DNA from: an uncultured Bacteroidales bacterium
GTDB lineage: Bacteria > Bacteroidota > Bacteroidia > Bacteroidales > UBA932
Reading direction: 5' to 3'
Length of the DNA stretch: 64,000 bases
Assembly: GCA_905235445.1 (NCBI GenBank)
Contig: CAJOLJ010000018.1
Location: 9,696 to 73,695 of the forward strand
The number at the start of each line of letters is the position of its first letter. Position 1 is the first letter of the stretch. Under the pieces are notes generated by a model. It did no database searches. It worked only from the letters and a program-made list of their open reading frames with translations, and had not been told where the DNA came from. Positions 41,928 to 52,521 of this stretch are shown in pieces. The position numbers were made by a program, and so were the translations under genes.

Positions 41928-44900
41928 ATGAGCAAAATCTTTATTAAGATTGCTTCCGTGCTCTTCCTGCTCTGCGGTTCCGTCTGGGCCCTCGGTGCGC
42001 AGGAAGTGACGGGTACAGTAAAGGACGCTACAGGGGAACCGCTGATGGGAGTCTTCGTGATGGTGCAGGGCACCACCCAGGGGACTACCACAGACCTGGA
42101 CGGTATGTACAAGATAAACGTACCCGGTCCCTCCGCAGTCCTTACCTTCTCACTCATCGGAATGAAGGATGTCTCCGTCCCCGTGGGCGACAAGAAAGTG
42201 GTGGACGTCGTCCTCGAGGATGATTCCACGACCCTCGACGAGATTGTCGTCGTGGGTTATGCCACGGTCAAGAGACGCGACCTCCTCGGTTCCGTGTCAT
42301 CGGTGGGATCGGACAAACTGACCGAACAGCCTGTGACCACGGTCTCCCAGGCCCTCTCCGGAAAGATGGCCGGTGTGAGCGTAGTCACTACCGAAGGCGA
42401 TCCTGATGCGGACATTAAGATCAGGGTCCGCGGTGGCGGTTCCATTACCCAGGACAACAGCCCCCTGTACATCGTGGACGGATTCCCGGTGGAGTCCATA
42501 AACGATATCCCTTCGTCCGAGATCCAGTCCATCGACGTCCTCAAGGACTCTTTCTCCACCGCCATCTACGGTAGCCGCGGCGCTAACGGTGTCGTGATTG
42601 TCACTACCAAGAGCGCAGAGAAAGGACAGAAGGTATCCGTCAAATTCAACACCTACTACGGGCTCAAGAAGATGGCCAACGCAGGTGCCATCGTCGCCAT
42701 GCAGCCCTACGACTTCGTGAGGTTCCAGTATGAGCTCGGGCTCATCCGCGACAACCTCTCCAGCAACTACTACCCTTATTTCGGGACCTTCGACGATATC
42801 GACCTGTATTCCAAGCTCAGCGGCAACAACTGGGTGAATGCGGTCTTCGGCAATGTCGGGAACACCTTCAGCGCTGATTTCTCGGTCTCCGGGAGCGGCG
42901 ACAACTACAACTGGACGGTGGGTTACGCCCACATGGGGGACGAGGCCATCATGATGGGCTCCAACTATTCCCGTGACAACCTTTCCTTCAAGGGCAACTT
43001 CAAGACAAGCAAGACCACCAGCATCGACGTCAACGTGCGTTATTCCCGCACCAACGTCCGCGGTTCCGGTGCCAACGGAATCAACGATACAGGTACAACC
43101 TCCGGCAACGGTAGGCTCAAGCATGCCGTCTCCTATACTCCCATCCCAATCGCCTCCACTGTGCAGGGAGTGGACGAGGAGCAGGACTACGGCGACAACG
43201 CCCCGCCTCTCCAGAGTGTCGCTGACAACGATTCGAAGCGCCTGAGGACCACGCTCAACGCCAATGCGGCATTCTCCTGGAAGATAATCGACAACCTGAA
43301 CCTCAAGATTGAGGGCGGCATGGAGGACTATCGCCAGATGGACGACCGTTTCTACGGCCTTACCACCTACTATGTGGCCAACAACTCCACGGTGAAGAAT
43401 ACTCCTTCCAACCAGCACAAGGAGGCCTTCAGGACCAAGTACCGCAATACCAACACCCTCAATTACGACTTCGCGGAAGTGCTCAATAATCCGGACATGT
43501 CCCTGACGGCCCTGCTCGGAGAGGAGATGACCATCACCAAGAGCAACACCATCACTTCCATGGTGGACGGATATCCCGTCTTCTACGATGCCCAGATGGC
43601 CTGGAACTTCTCCTCCTCAGCCATTCCCAGCACATTCAACAATTACTACAACCCCGATGACGTGCTCCTGTCCTTCTTCGGCAGGGTCAACTACGACTAC
43701 AAGCACCGTTACTCGGTAGGTGCCACGCTGCGTGCGGACGGTTCCTCGAAGTTCGCTCCCGGCCATCAGTGGGGTTTCTTCCCCTCGGCCGCTGTCTCCT
43801 GGACCATCAGCAACGAGGAGTTCATGGACAGCACCCACAATTGGCTCGACCAGTTGAAGGTACGCTACTCCTTCGGAACGGCAGGTAACAACAACATCCC
43901 TTCCGGCCAGCTCAACAAGCAGTATTCCTCTACCACCACGGCATGGCTTAGCCAGTCCACCAACTACTGGATGGCAGGCAAGATCATGAACAACCCCGAC
44001 CTGAAGTGGGAGACCACCTACACCCACAACTTCGGTCTGGACTTCTCCTTCTTCCAGAACAGGCTGAGCGGTAGCTTGGAAGTGTACCAGAACAACACCA
44101 AGGACCTCCTCATCAACTTCCCGATCACCGGTTCCGGCTATGACAGCCAGTACCGTAACCTGGGTTCCACCCGCAACCGCGGTGTCGAGCTGACCCTCAA
44201 CATGCCCATCATCCAGCAGAAGGACTACTCCCTGAATGTAAGCGCCAACATCGCCTACAACAAGAACGTGGTCACTGACCTGGGCGGCCTGAGCAGCATA
44301 ACCGCACAGTCCTACTGGGCCTCCACCGAGATCGGTGACGACTACATCGTCCAGGTGGGACAGCCCCTCGGCAACATGTACGGTTTTGTGTCCGACGGCA
44401 TGTACACGACAGCCGACTTCGACTACAACGGGTCCAAGTGGGTCCTGAAGGACGGTGTCGTTGACAACTCCGCCATCATCGGCAGCAACTACATGATCCC
44501 CGGCGCCCTCAAACTGAAGGACCTCAACGGGGACGGCAAGGTGACCGTGGCTGACCGCCAGGTCATAGGCAAGGCCACTCCCGACTTCACGGGCGGATTC
44601 TCCCTCAGCGGCTACGTCAAGGGCTTTGACATCAGCGCCAACTTCAACTACATGATAGGGAACCAGGTGTACAACGCCAACAAGATCGAGTTCACCTCCT
44701 CCCGCAAGTTCTACAACCGCAACCTTCTCGAAATGATGGCAGTGGACAAGAGGTGGACCAATGTTGACTGGACGACCGGTGAGCTCATCACCGATGCCGC
44801 CACCCTTGAAGCCGCCAACCGCGGCAAAACCATGTGGAACCCCGCCATCGGCAATGCGGTCTTCTCCGACTGGGCTGTCGAGGATGCATCGTTCCTCCGT

Positions 44901-45131
44901 CTGCAGAGCGTGACCATCGGCTACACCGTTCCCGAGAAGATCACCGAGAAGATTCACCTCCGTCGTGCCAGGGTCTACGCTACCGGAACCAACCTGTTCT
45001 GCCTGACCAAGTATTCCGGCTACGATCCCGAGGTCGATACCCGCCGTTCCACTCCGCTTACCCCCGGCGTGGACTACTCAGCCTACCCGAAGAGCATCGG
45101 CTTTGTCTGCGGTCTGAATTTAACCTTCTAA
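41928..45131 (+). CDS. SusC/RagA-family TonB-dependent outer-membrane transporter
   Basis: Signal peptide, CarboxypepD_reg-like VTGTVKDATGEPLMGVFVMVQGT, plug region (DVLKDSFSTAIYGSRGANGVVIVTTK), ~1070 aa, and a C-terminal aromatic residue (…LNLTF). Confidence 0.95.
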   Translation: MSKIFIKIASVLFLLCGSVWALGAQEVTGTVKDATGEPLMGVFVMVQGTTQGTTTDLDGMYKINVPGPSAVLTFSLIGMKDVSVPVGDKKVVDVVLEDDSTTLDEIVVVGYATVKRRDLLGSVSSVGSDKLTEQPVTTVSQALSGKMAGVSVVTTEGDPDADIKIRVRGGGSITQDNSPLYIVDGFPVESINDIPSSEIQSIDVLKDSFSTAIYGSRGANGVVIVTTKSAEKGQKVSVKFNTYYGLKKMANAGAIVAMQPYDFVRFQYELGLIRDNLSSNYYPYFGTFDDIDLYSKLSGNNWVNAVFGNVGNTFSADFSVSGSGDNYNWTVGYAHMGDEAIMMGSNYSRDNLSFKGNFKTSKTTSIDVNVRYSRTNVRGSGANGINDTGTTSGNGRLKHAVSYTPIPIASTVQGVDEEQDYGDNAPPLQSVADNDSKRLRTTLNANAAFSWKIIDNLNLKIEGGMEDYRQMDDRFYGLTTYYVANNSTVKNTPSNQHKEAFRTKYRNTNTLNYDFAEVLNNPDMSLTALLGEEMTITKSNTITSMVDGYPVFYDAQMAWNFSSSAIPSTFNNYYNPDDVLLSFFGRVNYDYKHRYSVGATLRADGSSKFAPGHQWGFFPSAAVSWTISNEEFMDSTHNWLDQLKVRYSFGTAGNNNIPSGQLNKQYSSTTTAWLSQSTNYWMAGKIMNNPDLKWETTYTHNFGLDFSFFQNRLSGSLEVYQNNTKDLLINFPITGSGYDSQYRNLGSTRNRGVELTLNMPIIQQKDYSLNVSANIAYNKNVVTDLGGLSSITAQSYWASTEIGDDYIVQVGQPLGNMYGFVSDGMYTTADFDYNGSKWVLKDGVVDNSAIIGSNYMIPGALKLKDLNGDGKVTVADRQVIGKATPDFTGGFSLSGYVKGFDISANFNYMIGNQVYNANKIEFTSSRKFYNRNLLEMMAVDKRWTNVDWTTGELITDAATLEAANRGKTMWNPAIGNAVFSDWAVEDASFLRLQSVTIGYTVPEKITEKIHLRRARVYATGTNLFCLTKYSGYDPEVDTRRSTPLTPGVDYSAYPKSIGFVCGLNLTF

Positions 45132-45143
45132 TTCCCTGCTGAT

Positions 45144-46973
45144 ATGAAAAAGTTCAATACAATCATAGTGACAATTCTGGCAGCGGTGCTCACCCTTTCT
45201 TCCTGCTCGTCCCTGCTGGAGCCGAAGTCCCCTTCGACTTTCGACGCCTCCACGGTCTACCAGTACTATGACCTCACCGAGGGTACCATCTTCGGTATCA
45301 CCGAGGCTTTCTGCGAGGTGAACTCCTACAGGGGAAGGTTCCTTCCCTGGTACGGTTTCAACACCGACGTGGAGTGGTACAACACCTACAAGCTGGGTGA
45401 CGGCAAGAGCGACATCGCAGGTTACGACTGCGCTCCGAACAATGCACAGCTGAACCTCTCCAACGGTCCTTTCCCTCTGATGTACATGGGAATTGAGAGG
45501 GCCAACCTCGTAATCGAGGGCATCAGGACTTACGGCAACCCCGACGAGAGGCCCGAGATGGCTTACCTGCTGGGTGAGGCCCTGACCCTCAGGGCCCTGA
45601 TCTACTACGACCTCATCAAGGCTTGGGGAGACGTACCTGCCCGCTTCGAGCCCCTTACCTCCGATACCATCTACGCTCCCAAGGAGAGCCGTGACGTAAT
45701 CTTCAAGCAGATTCTCTCCGACCTCGAAGAGGCCATCCCCAACATCCCCTATCCCGGACAGAACGCAGCGACTTCCCGTACCGACAGGGTCAACAAGGTG
45801 TTCGCCGAAGGCCTTTACGCCCGTATAGCTCTCGCCGCATCCGGTTACGCCATCCGTCCCGATGACGGAAAGGTGGGAACCGGTGACCTCGGAACCGTGC
45901 GTCTTTCCTCCGATCCCGAGCTTTCCAAGGATGTCCTCTATCCCAAGGCCCTCGCTTACCTGAAGGATGCCATCGCCTCCGGCAGCGCCTCCCTCGAGAG
46001 CGACTACAAGGGACTGTGGTACAAACTCAACAACATGGACAACCTCACCGCAGGTCCCGGCAACGAGACTCTATATGTGATTCCTTTCGGAGCCGGTCGC
46101 GGAAGGTGGAACTTCACTTTCGCCGTGCGCAGCGACGGGGCCAAGTGGTCCAACGGCGTGACCCGCGGCGGTGACGCAGGTCCCCTGCCCACCATGTATT
46201 TCCGTTACGGCCAGGACGACAAGCGCCGTGACGTCACCTGCGTCAACTACGCCTGGAACAAGAACTCCGTCCCCGAGGCCGCAGGAATCAGCAAGTGGTA
46301 TTTCGGTAAATTCCGCTTCGAGTGGATGGACGCCCAGCCCTATACCGGCGGGAACGATGACGGCATCAAGCCCGTTGTGATGCGCTACTCCGACATCCTT
46401 CTCATGGCAGCCGAGATAGAGAACGAGCTCAATGGCCCCGCCGGTGCCAAGAATTACCTCCAGGAGGTCCGTGCCCGTGCAACCTCGGAGGCTGCGGCGG
46501 ATGCCTACGTCGCCACTCTCAATGACAAGGACTCCTTCTTCGATGCAGTCGTTGAGGAGAGGGCCCTCGAGTTCTGCGGCGAGTTCCTCCGCAAGGCCGA
46601 CCTCATCAGGTGGAACCTCCTGAAGGCCAAACTTGACGAGAGCATCGAGGATATGCTCAAACTCCGTGACCTCCAGGCTCCGTACGACTACCTCACCGGT
46701 GATGTCTACACGCAGATTTCCGAGGACGGTTCGACCATGAACTTCTACGGCCTGAACCCCGGCGAGGACGGCAACCCCGGTCTCGACTGGGAAATCAACC
46801 CCGGATACGTCACCAAGTACGATGACGCCAAGAAGAGCGGTTTCTACGAGGAAAGGATTCGCGGTATCTACGTCAAGGATCCCGAGCAGTACATGTTCTG
46901 GCCCATCTTCAACGATACCATGACCAATAGCCAGGGATATATCAAGAATGACTATGGCTACGACAACCTCTAA
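45144..46973 (+). CDS. SusD/RagB-family nutrient-binding lipoprotein
   Basis: Lipobox LTLSSCSS. 609 aa, lying 12 nt after SusC. Typical SusD helices (…EALTLRALIYYDLIKAWGDVP…, RALEFCGEFLRKADLIRW). Confidence 0.9.
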   Translation: MKKFNTIIVTILAAVLTLSSCSSLLEPKSPSTFDASTVYQYYDLTEGTIFGITEAFCEVNSYRGRFLPWYGFNTDVEWYNTYKLGDGKSDIAGYDCAPNNAQLNLSNGPFPLMYMGIERANLVIEGIRTYGNPDERPEMAYLLGEALTLRALIYYDLIKAWGDVPARFEPLTSDTIYAPKESRDVIFKQILSDLEEAIPNIPYPGQNAATSRTDRVNKVFAEGLYARIALAASGYAIRPDDGKVGTGDLGTVRLSSDPELSKDVLYPKALAYLKDAIASGSASLESDYKGLWYKLNNMDNLTAGPGNETLYVIPFGAGRGRWNFTFAVRSDGAKWSNGVTRGGDAGPLPTMYFRYGQDDKRRDVTCVNYAWNKNSVPEAAGISKWYFGKFRFEWMDAQPYTGGNDDGIKPVVMRYSDILLMAAEIENELNGPAGAKNYLQEVRARATSEAAADAYVATLNDKDSFFDAVVEERALEFCGEFLRKADLIRWNLLKAKLDESIEDMLKLRDLQAPYDYLTGDVYTQISEDGSTMNFYGLNPGEDGNPGLDWEINPGYVTKYDDAKKSGFYEERIRGIYVKDPEQYMFWPIFNDTMTNSQGYIKNDYGYDNL

Positions 46974-46986
46974 TATCCCCTGCCTT

Positions 46987-49900
46987 ATGAAAAAAATGAA
47001 TAGAATAATATACTCCATCCTCGCCGTCGTCCTGACAGCCGGCCTCAGTGTTGGCTGCGCCGAGAAGTTCGACGAGATCGAGACCCTGGACCTCACCCGC
47101 TGCCTTGAGCCCATGAATCTCTCGGCAAGGGTCAGCGCCACCCTCGGTGACGTGGTTACTTTCTCATGGGATGTGAGCAAGGATGCCGAGGCCTACATTC
47201 TTGAGGTATTCACCGACAAGGAACTCTCCGCCTCCTACATGACCAAGGAACTCGCACCCGCGGATGTTCCCTATACCGTGAAACTGGAGGCCGACAAGAC
47301 CTACTACTACAGGGTCCAGGCCACGGCCACCGGAAAGTCCGCATCCAAGTATGCGGTCTATGACAAGAAGATCGAGACCTTCGCAGTGAAGGACAACCTC
47401 TACATGAAGGTCGCCGACAGGGCAGCCACTTCAGTCACCCTTTCCTGGTCCAAGGAAGTGTCCGACTACGAGGAAGTCACCCGCATCGACTACGGTGTAC
47501 CGGGTGCCGACGAAAAGCAGTCCTATGAGCTCACTGCCGAAGATATCGCAGCAGCCGGGGCGACCGTAAGCGGCCTTACCGCATCGACCGAGTATGTGTT
47601 CACGCTGTACTACCTCTCCGCGTCCCGTGGAGAAGTCAACGCATGGACCACTCCCGACGTCTCCGTCCTGACTCCCGTCTCCACTCTGGCTGAACTCCAG
47701 AATGCCATTCTTACCTCCGGGGCCCAGATCCTCCTCAAGATGGAAGGCTCTCCCTATGACATCGAGATGCTCGACTTCCCCGTGGGAGTGTCCATCTACG
47801 GTGAGGAGAGCGCTGACGGGACCAAGCCCGTCCTGCAGGGAGAGATCCATGTTCCCGACACCTGGAAGAATGGGGACGCCCTGTACTTCGAGGGTGTGGA
47901 ATTCAATGGCAATCCCACTGCTGCCAGCCCGTCCGGATTCGGATTCCCGTTCCAGAAGAAGAATGGCGGCACGGTAGACAATGTCGAGCTTTCCAGCGTC
48001 ATCTTCCGTAACTGTATCATCACGAACTATTCCAAGGGTCTCATCTATGAGTGGAGCAAGACCTTCACCATAGGGGAGCTCACCTGGGACAGCTGCGAGA
48101 TAAGCAACATCAACGCTGACGGAACCGGCGGCGGTGACTGTATCGACTTCCGTGGCGCCTCCACCGTAAATGCGATGAACATCGTCAACAATACCATCTA
48201 CCAGGGTATGCGTACGTTCATCCGCCTCGATGCGGGTACATGGGGTGACATCAAGGTCGACAACAACACGGTGATGAACCTGAACTTCGTTGACAACACC
48301 AACAATGCAGGTTTCTTCGGCATCCAGCCCGATGTCGCATCCCTCTCCTTCAGGAACAACCTCATCATGGGCATGGTCGAGAAGGCTACCATGGGAAGCG
48401 CCAACACCAAGTACAAGACCGCTGAGGACTTGGGCGTCAATGCCTCCAACAACTGGTTCTACAATATTGTCGAGACCTACTTCACCGACTCCTGGCCTTC
48501 TTCCAAGGTCGGTTACAATGCCCTCGAGGCGGATCCCTGCTACAACGCTGCAGGAGGGTTCTTCAACATAAGCCCCGAGTCCGCCATCGCAGGCAAGGAG
48601 GTCGGTGCATCCAAGTGGTGGACTCCCTACGTGGAGGAGCCCGAGGACCTCTCCATGACACTAGTCGAGGGAGCGAAGACCTGGGACCTGGGCAACGCCC
48701 GTTACTTCTCCGGTACCATCAAGAAGGAAATGGTCCGTGACCGCCTGTTCGTGTCCGGTTCCGAGTCCAACCCCATCGTCTGTGACGGCGGCATGCTGAA
48801 CTTCAAGGAGACCACGGTCCTCACCCGCAAGGGGGTTCCTTCCGTGGGATATCTCAAGTTCATGGTCGACACTCCGGGATCCGTCATCCTCAAACCCGCC
48901 GATCCCGACGCAGTGGGCAACCACCTCGTAGTGGGAGTGGGTCCCGTCGACGGTTCCTCAGTGACCATCAAGGGCGGTGCATCCGCACTCGCCGACATGG
49001 ACAATGCACAGAAGATCATCATCTCCACCATCACCGAGCCTTCGTACGTCTACGTATGGGCATCCGGTGCAGTGAGCCTCGCCCAGCTGGCCTGGTCCAC
49101 TGACGTGACCGCTGTCAATACGGCCCTCGCCACTCCTGCCCCCAAGACGAACCCCGCCTCAGTCACGGCTGGCGATGCCACCGACATCGAGGTATCCTGG
49201 GAGAGCGTCGAGAATGCAGGCAGCTACACTGTCGTGTTCAATGGCAAGGCCTACGATGTCGAGGAGGGAACCTCCTACATCATCGGTGCGTCCACCGTGG
49301 CCATGCTCGATGCCGGTCCCTACACGGTTGATGTGTATGCGAACCCCGGTGAGAAGGATATCTACAACACCGAGTCCGCTGCCGGAACAGCTGCTTTCGC
49401 AGTGCTGCCTAAGGGCGGCGGTGAGGAAAGCTCCGAGTTCGTGGTCTCCAGCGTAGAGGAGTTCCTCAACGCTGTCTCCGCAGGCAAGGATGCCATCACC
49501 TTCAAGTACAGCGACACCCCTTACGAGGTCGGATCCATGACTGTCACCACCCCTCTGCACCTGAAAGGTCAGACCAGCGGTGACAAGATGACCAAGATTA
49601 CCGCATCCTTCACCCTCAGCGGGGAGATCGGCGGAAGCTTCGTGCTGCGTAACTTCGAGATTGTCGGTGACGGAACCTCAGTCATAGTTGACGACAAGAC
49701 CGCTGCCGCACCCGTAGTCGATACCGTAGCCATCTACGACAGCTACCTGCACGGCACCAAGGCCCTGTACGACAATTCCGGCAAGGCTGAGTCCAATATC
49801 CAGTACGTGATATTCAAGGGCAACCTCATCGAGGACAGCTCCGACGGTGCGGACTACATCGATATGAGGGCAGGTGCCCACCACAACTTCATATTCGAGA

Positions 49901-52389
49901 ACAACACCGTATCCAAGAGCTGCCGTACCTTCATCCGTACCGATGCCGGTCACGAGATGAATACCGCTCTGATCAAGAACAACACGTTCTATAAGGTCGC
50001 CACCAACTCCTCCAGCAAGGATAACAACGGTATTCTCCACATCCGCAGCGCAGCAGGTGCAGGCCTGTACAGCTACGTCGTGAAGAACAACTTCTTCTAC
50101 TCCATCCTCATTGACGAGGAGCCTTCGAACGCAGCCGGCTTCCCGAAGCTCAAGAGCAAGGGCGGACTGATGCCTTCGACCATCTCCAACAACTGGTTCT
50201 TCAACGTCGAGGAAAGGGAAGAGAAGGCCGCTTACTCCTTCTTCTCCTACATCACCAAGGAAGAGGCTACAGCTGACGGCGGTGCCGTCATCACCGTGGA
50301 TCCCACCAAGGATGCCGAAGGCGGTGACTTCACCCTTGTCAACGCAGTTCTCATGAACGCCGGAGTCGGCGATCCCAGGTGGAACGCCATGGCAGGAGGC
50401 ACTCCTTCTTCCGACATCACCGTGACGAACCTCGATGAACTGCTGAGCGCTATCGCCGCAGGCAAGGCCACCATTACCCTTGCCGCCGGGGACTATGACT
50501 TCACCGCAGCTCCCGAGACCGCAACCGAGATCGCCGCAGGAAAGATCACCCTTGCGACTCCGCTGAACCTCATCGGTGAGAGCGGTGCCCACCTCATCGG
50601 CGGGTTCATCCTCAATGCCGGTGCCGACAAGTTCTCGGTCCAGGGCATTGCTTTCGACGGCGCCTCCTCGGTGGACAACTTCCTCGAGATAGCTGATGAT
50701 GCCGCTGTTGTTGGTGCCATCACCATCCGCAACAACACCTTCACCTCCTACAAGAACCGCTTCGCCTACATGAACAAGACGGGAGTCGTGACTTCCCTTG
50801 AGATTACCGGCAACGTCGTTACCGGAATCGAGGGAGCTGACTTCACGGGCGGTGACTTCATCGACTTCCGCAAGGGAACCCTGACGGCAGTGAAAGTGAA
50901 GAACAACACCTTCGCCAATGGAATCAGGACATTCTCCCGCATCGACGCAGCAGTCGTGCTGGATTCCTACCTGGTGGAGAACAACACCTTCTACAACAAC
51001 TGCTACATCGACAGCAAGGACAACAACGGTCTTTTCCATGTCCGTGCGACTTCCCTCGACGAGGCCAACATGGTCGTCAGGAAGAACATCTTCGCCTCCA
51101 TGCACCGTGCTGCCGAGACTCCTTCCCAGGCCAACGGTTACCCGAAGATCGTCTCCACCAATACCGCTTCCAAGATCCCTACCTTCAGCCAGAACTACTA
51201 CTACGGCATCGATGCCGCGGAAGATTACAACTGGTGGACCAAGGACCGCGTTACCGAGGAAGTCGGAACGGCCGGATTCGGAGTGGTCCTGAGCGTGGAT
51301 CCTTTCAAGGACGGCGCAAACGGTGACTTCACCATTACCCACGGACTCGTCGCCACCGAGGGCATCGGTGACCCGAGGTGGATAAAGGGCGGAGCCGTCA
51401 GCGGCGAGAGCTTCCCCGTCTCCGACATGGGAGGACTTCTCAACGCAATCGACGCAGGCAAGTCCGTCATCAGCCTTGATTACGGAACCTATGACTTCAC
51501 CACTGCGGAGGCCCTTACCGGAGGAACCCTCAACCTTGCAACGGGCCTTACACTCAAGGGCGTCAGCAAGAACGGCCTCAAGCCTGTGGTCATCGGAGCC
51601 TTCAAGCCAGCCATCACCGACGGAGGTGACCTCATCCTGGAGAACCTCAACATCCAGGGCGTGAGCGGGGAAACGAAGCTCGGCAACATGATCGACGTCG
51701 ACGCCACTTCAGTAATGGGTGACCTCGTCATCAAGGACTGCGAACTGAGCCTCTTCTCCAACCGTCTCATCAGCAACGCCGGCGAGTCCAGCATCAACAA
51801 GATTGAAATCAGCGGTGTCATAGCCCATGACTTCGGGACCGGCGGTGACTTCATCGATGTCCGCAAGGGTAGCGTTGGTACCATCTCCGTTACCGGTAGC
51901 ACCTTCACCAACGGTATCCGTACCTTCCTGAGGGTTGATGCAGGTGTGAACTGCGGCGGTGTGAAGGTATCCAACAACACCTTCTTCAACACCTCCTACG
52001 TGGACAGCAAGGACAACAACGGTATCATGCACGTCCGCTCCACCATGGCAGTCTCCCCGGCTGCCCTCGAGGGCGCCGCCCGCAGGATCGTTGTGACCCG
52101 CAACATCTTCGCTTCCATGCACAGGGCTGCCGAGACTCCTTCCAATGCGGCAGGTTTCCCGAAACTCGTCAGTACCGCATCCGAGAAGATCGCCCATCCT
52201 TACATAACCGACAACCTCTTCTTCGACATCGATACGACCGAAGGCTACAGCTGGTGGAATACCATGACCGAGGAGGATATAGCGGCAGCAGGAAAGGTTC
52301 TTGAGGAGACCCCGTTCTCCGGCGACACAGCAGCCGGCAAGTTCACCGTCACCTCAGCCTACAAGGGCTACGGCGATACCCGCTGGTAG
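46987..52389 (+). CDS. Giant (1800 aa) surface lipoprotein: FN3-like domains plus four tandem DUF4957/pectate-lyase-fold-like modules
   Basis: Start at MKKMNRIIYSILAVVLTAGLSVGC (lipobox). It occupies the SusE/F position after SusD. Four ~320-330-aa modules lie at ~47677-48630, ~49438-50382, ~50413-51381 and ~51411-52386. Each opens with V-x-x-L-x-x-L-L-x-A-I-x-A-G-K-like text, contains TF(I/L/S)R(x)DAG…NNTF…KDNNG, and ends in GDPRW / GDTRW / SKWW. Confidence 0.8.
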   Translation: MKKMNRIIYSILAVVLTAGLSVGCAEKFDEIETLDLTRCLEPMNLSARVSATLGDVVTFSWDVSKDAEAYILEVFTDKELSASYMTKELAPADVPYTVKLEADKTYYYRVQATATGKSASKYAVYDKKIETFAVKDNLYMKVADRAATSVTLSWSKEVSDYEEVTRIDYGVPGADEKQSYELTAEDIAAAGATVSGLTASTEYVFTLYYLSASRGEVNAWTTPDVSVLTPVSTLAELQNAILTSGAQILLKMEGSPYDIEMLDFPVGVSIYGEESADGTKPVLQGEIHVPDTWKNGDALYFEGVEFNGNPTAASPSGFGFPFQKKNGGTVDNVELSSVIFRNCIITNYSKGLIYEWSKTFTIGELTWDSCEISNINADGTGGGDCIDFRGASTVNAMNIVNNTIYQGMRTFIRLDAGTWGDIKVDNNTVMNLNFVDNTNNAGFFGIQPDVASLSFRNNLIMGMVEKATMGSANTKYKTAEDLGVNASNNWFYNIVETYFTDSWPSSKVGYNALEADPCYNAAGGFFNISPESAIAGKEVGASKWWTPYVEEPEDLSMTLVEGAKTWDLGNARYFSGTIKKEMVRDRLFVSGSESNPIVCDGGMLNFKETTVLTRKGVPSVGYLKFMVDTPGSVILKPADPDAVGNHLVVGVGPVDGSSVTIKGGASALADMDNAQKIIISTITEPSYVYVWASGAVSLAQLAWSTDVTAVNTALATPAPKTNPASVTAGDATDIEVSWESVENAGSYTVVFNGKAYDVEEGTSYIIGASTVAMLDAGPYTVDVYANPGEKDIYNTESAAGTAAFAVLPKGGGEESSEFVVSSVEEFLNAVSAGKDAITFKYSDTPYEVGSMTVTTPLHLKGQTSGDKMTKITASFTLSGEIGGSFVLRNFEIVGDGTSVIVDDKTAAAPVVDTVAIYDSYLHGTKALYDNSGKAESNIQYVIFKGNLIEDSSDGADYIDMRAGAHHNFIFENNTVSKSCRTFIRTDAGHEMNTALIKNNTFYKVATNSSSKDNNGILHIRSAAGAGLYSYVVKNNFFYSILIDEEPSNAAGFPKLKSKGGLMPSTISNNWFFNVEEREEKAAYSFFSYITKEEATADGGAVITVDPTKDAEGGDFTLVNAVLMNAGVGDPRWNAMAGGTPSSDITVTNLDELLSAIAAGKATITLAAGDYDFTAAPETATEIAAGKITLATPLNLIGESGAHLIGGFILNAGADKFSVQGIAFDGASSVDNFLEIADDAAVVGAITIRNNTFTSYKNRFAYMNKTGVVTSLEITGNVVTGIEGADFTGGDFIDFRKGTLTAVKVKNNTFANGIRTFSRIDAAVVLDSYLVENNTFYNNCYIDSKDNNGLFHVRATSLDEANMVVRKNIFASMHRAAETPSQANGYPKIVSTNTASKIPTFSQNYYYGIDAAEDYNWWTKDRVTEEVGTAGFGVVLSVDPFKDGANGDFTITHGLVATEGIGDPRWIKGGAVSGESFPVSDMGGLLNAIDAGKSVISLDYGTYDFTTAEALTGGTLNLATGLTLKGVSKNGLKPVVIGAFKPAITDGGDLILENLNIQGVSGETKLGNMIDVDATSVMGDLVIKDCELSLFSNRLISNAGESSINKIEISGVIAHDFGTGGDFIDVRKGSVGTISVTGSTFTNGIRTFLRVDAGVNCGGVKVSNNTFFNTSYVDSKDNNGIMHVRSTMAVSPAALEGAARRIVVTRNIFASMHRAAETPSNAAGFPKLVSTASEKIAHPYITDNLFFDIDTTEGYSWWNTMTEEDIAAAGKVLEETPFSGDTAAGKFTVTSAYKGYGDTRW

Positions 52390-52521
52390 TATAGGATTCC
52401 CTGGGGAGAAGGACTTCTTCTCCCCTCGGGACCGAACAATCATCAAACACACAACGAAACGGTGGGGGAGGACACGACACTGTCCTCTCCCCTTAAATGA
52501 AATAATCAATAACTATTACTT

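Noticed and set aside
40567-51342. Series of 370-550-aa minus-strand ORFs (40567..41877, 42297..43418, 43617..44957, 46071..47180, 49678..51342) across the pectin locus
   Set aside because: Each lies entirely inside a plus-strand gene with strong family signatures (PL1, SusC, SusD, giant lipoprotein). Their translations are G/V/D/H-rich shadows without signal peptides or motifs.
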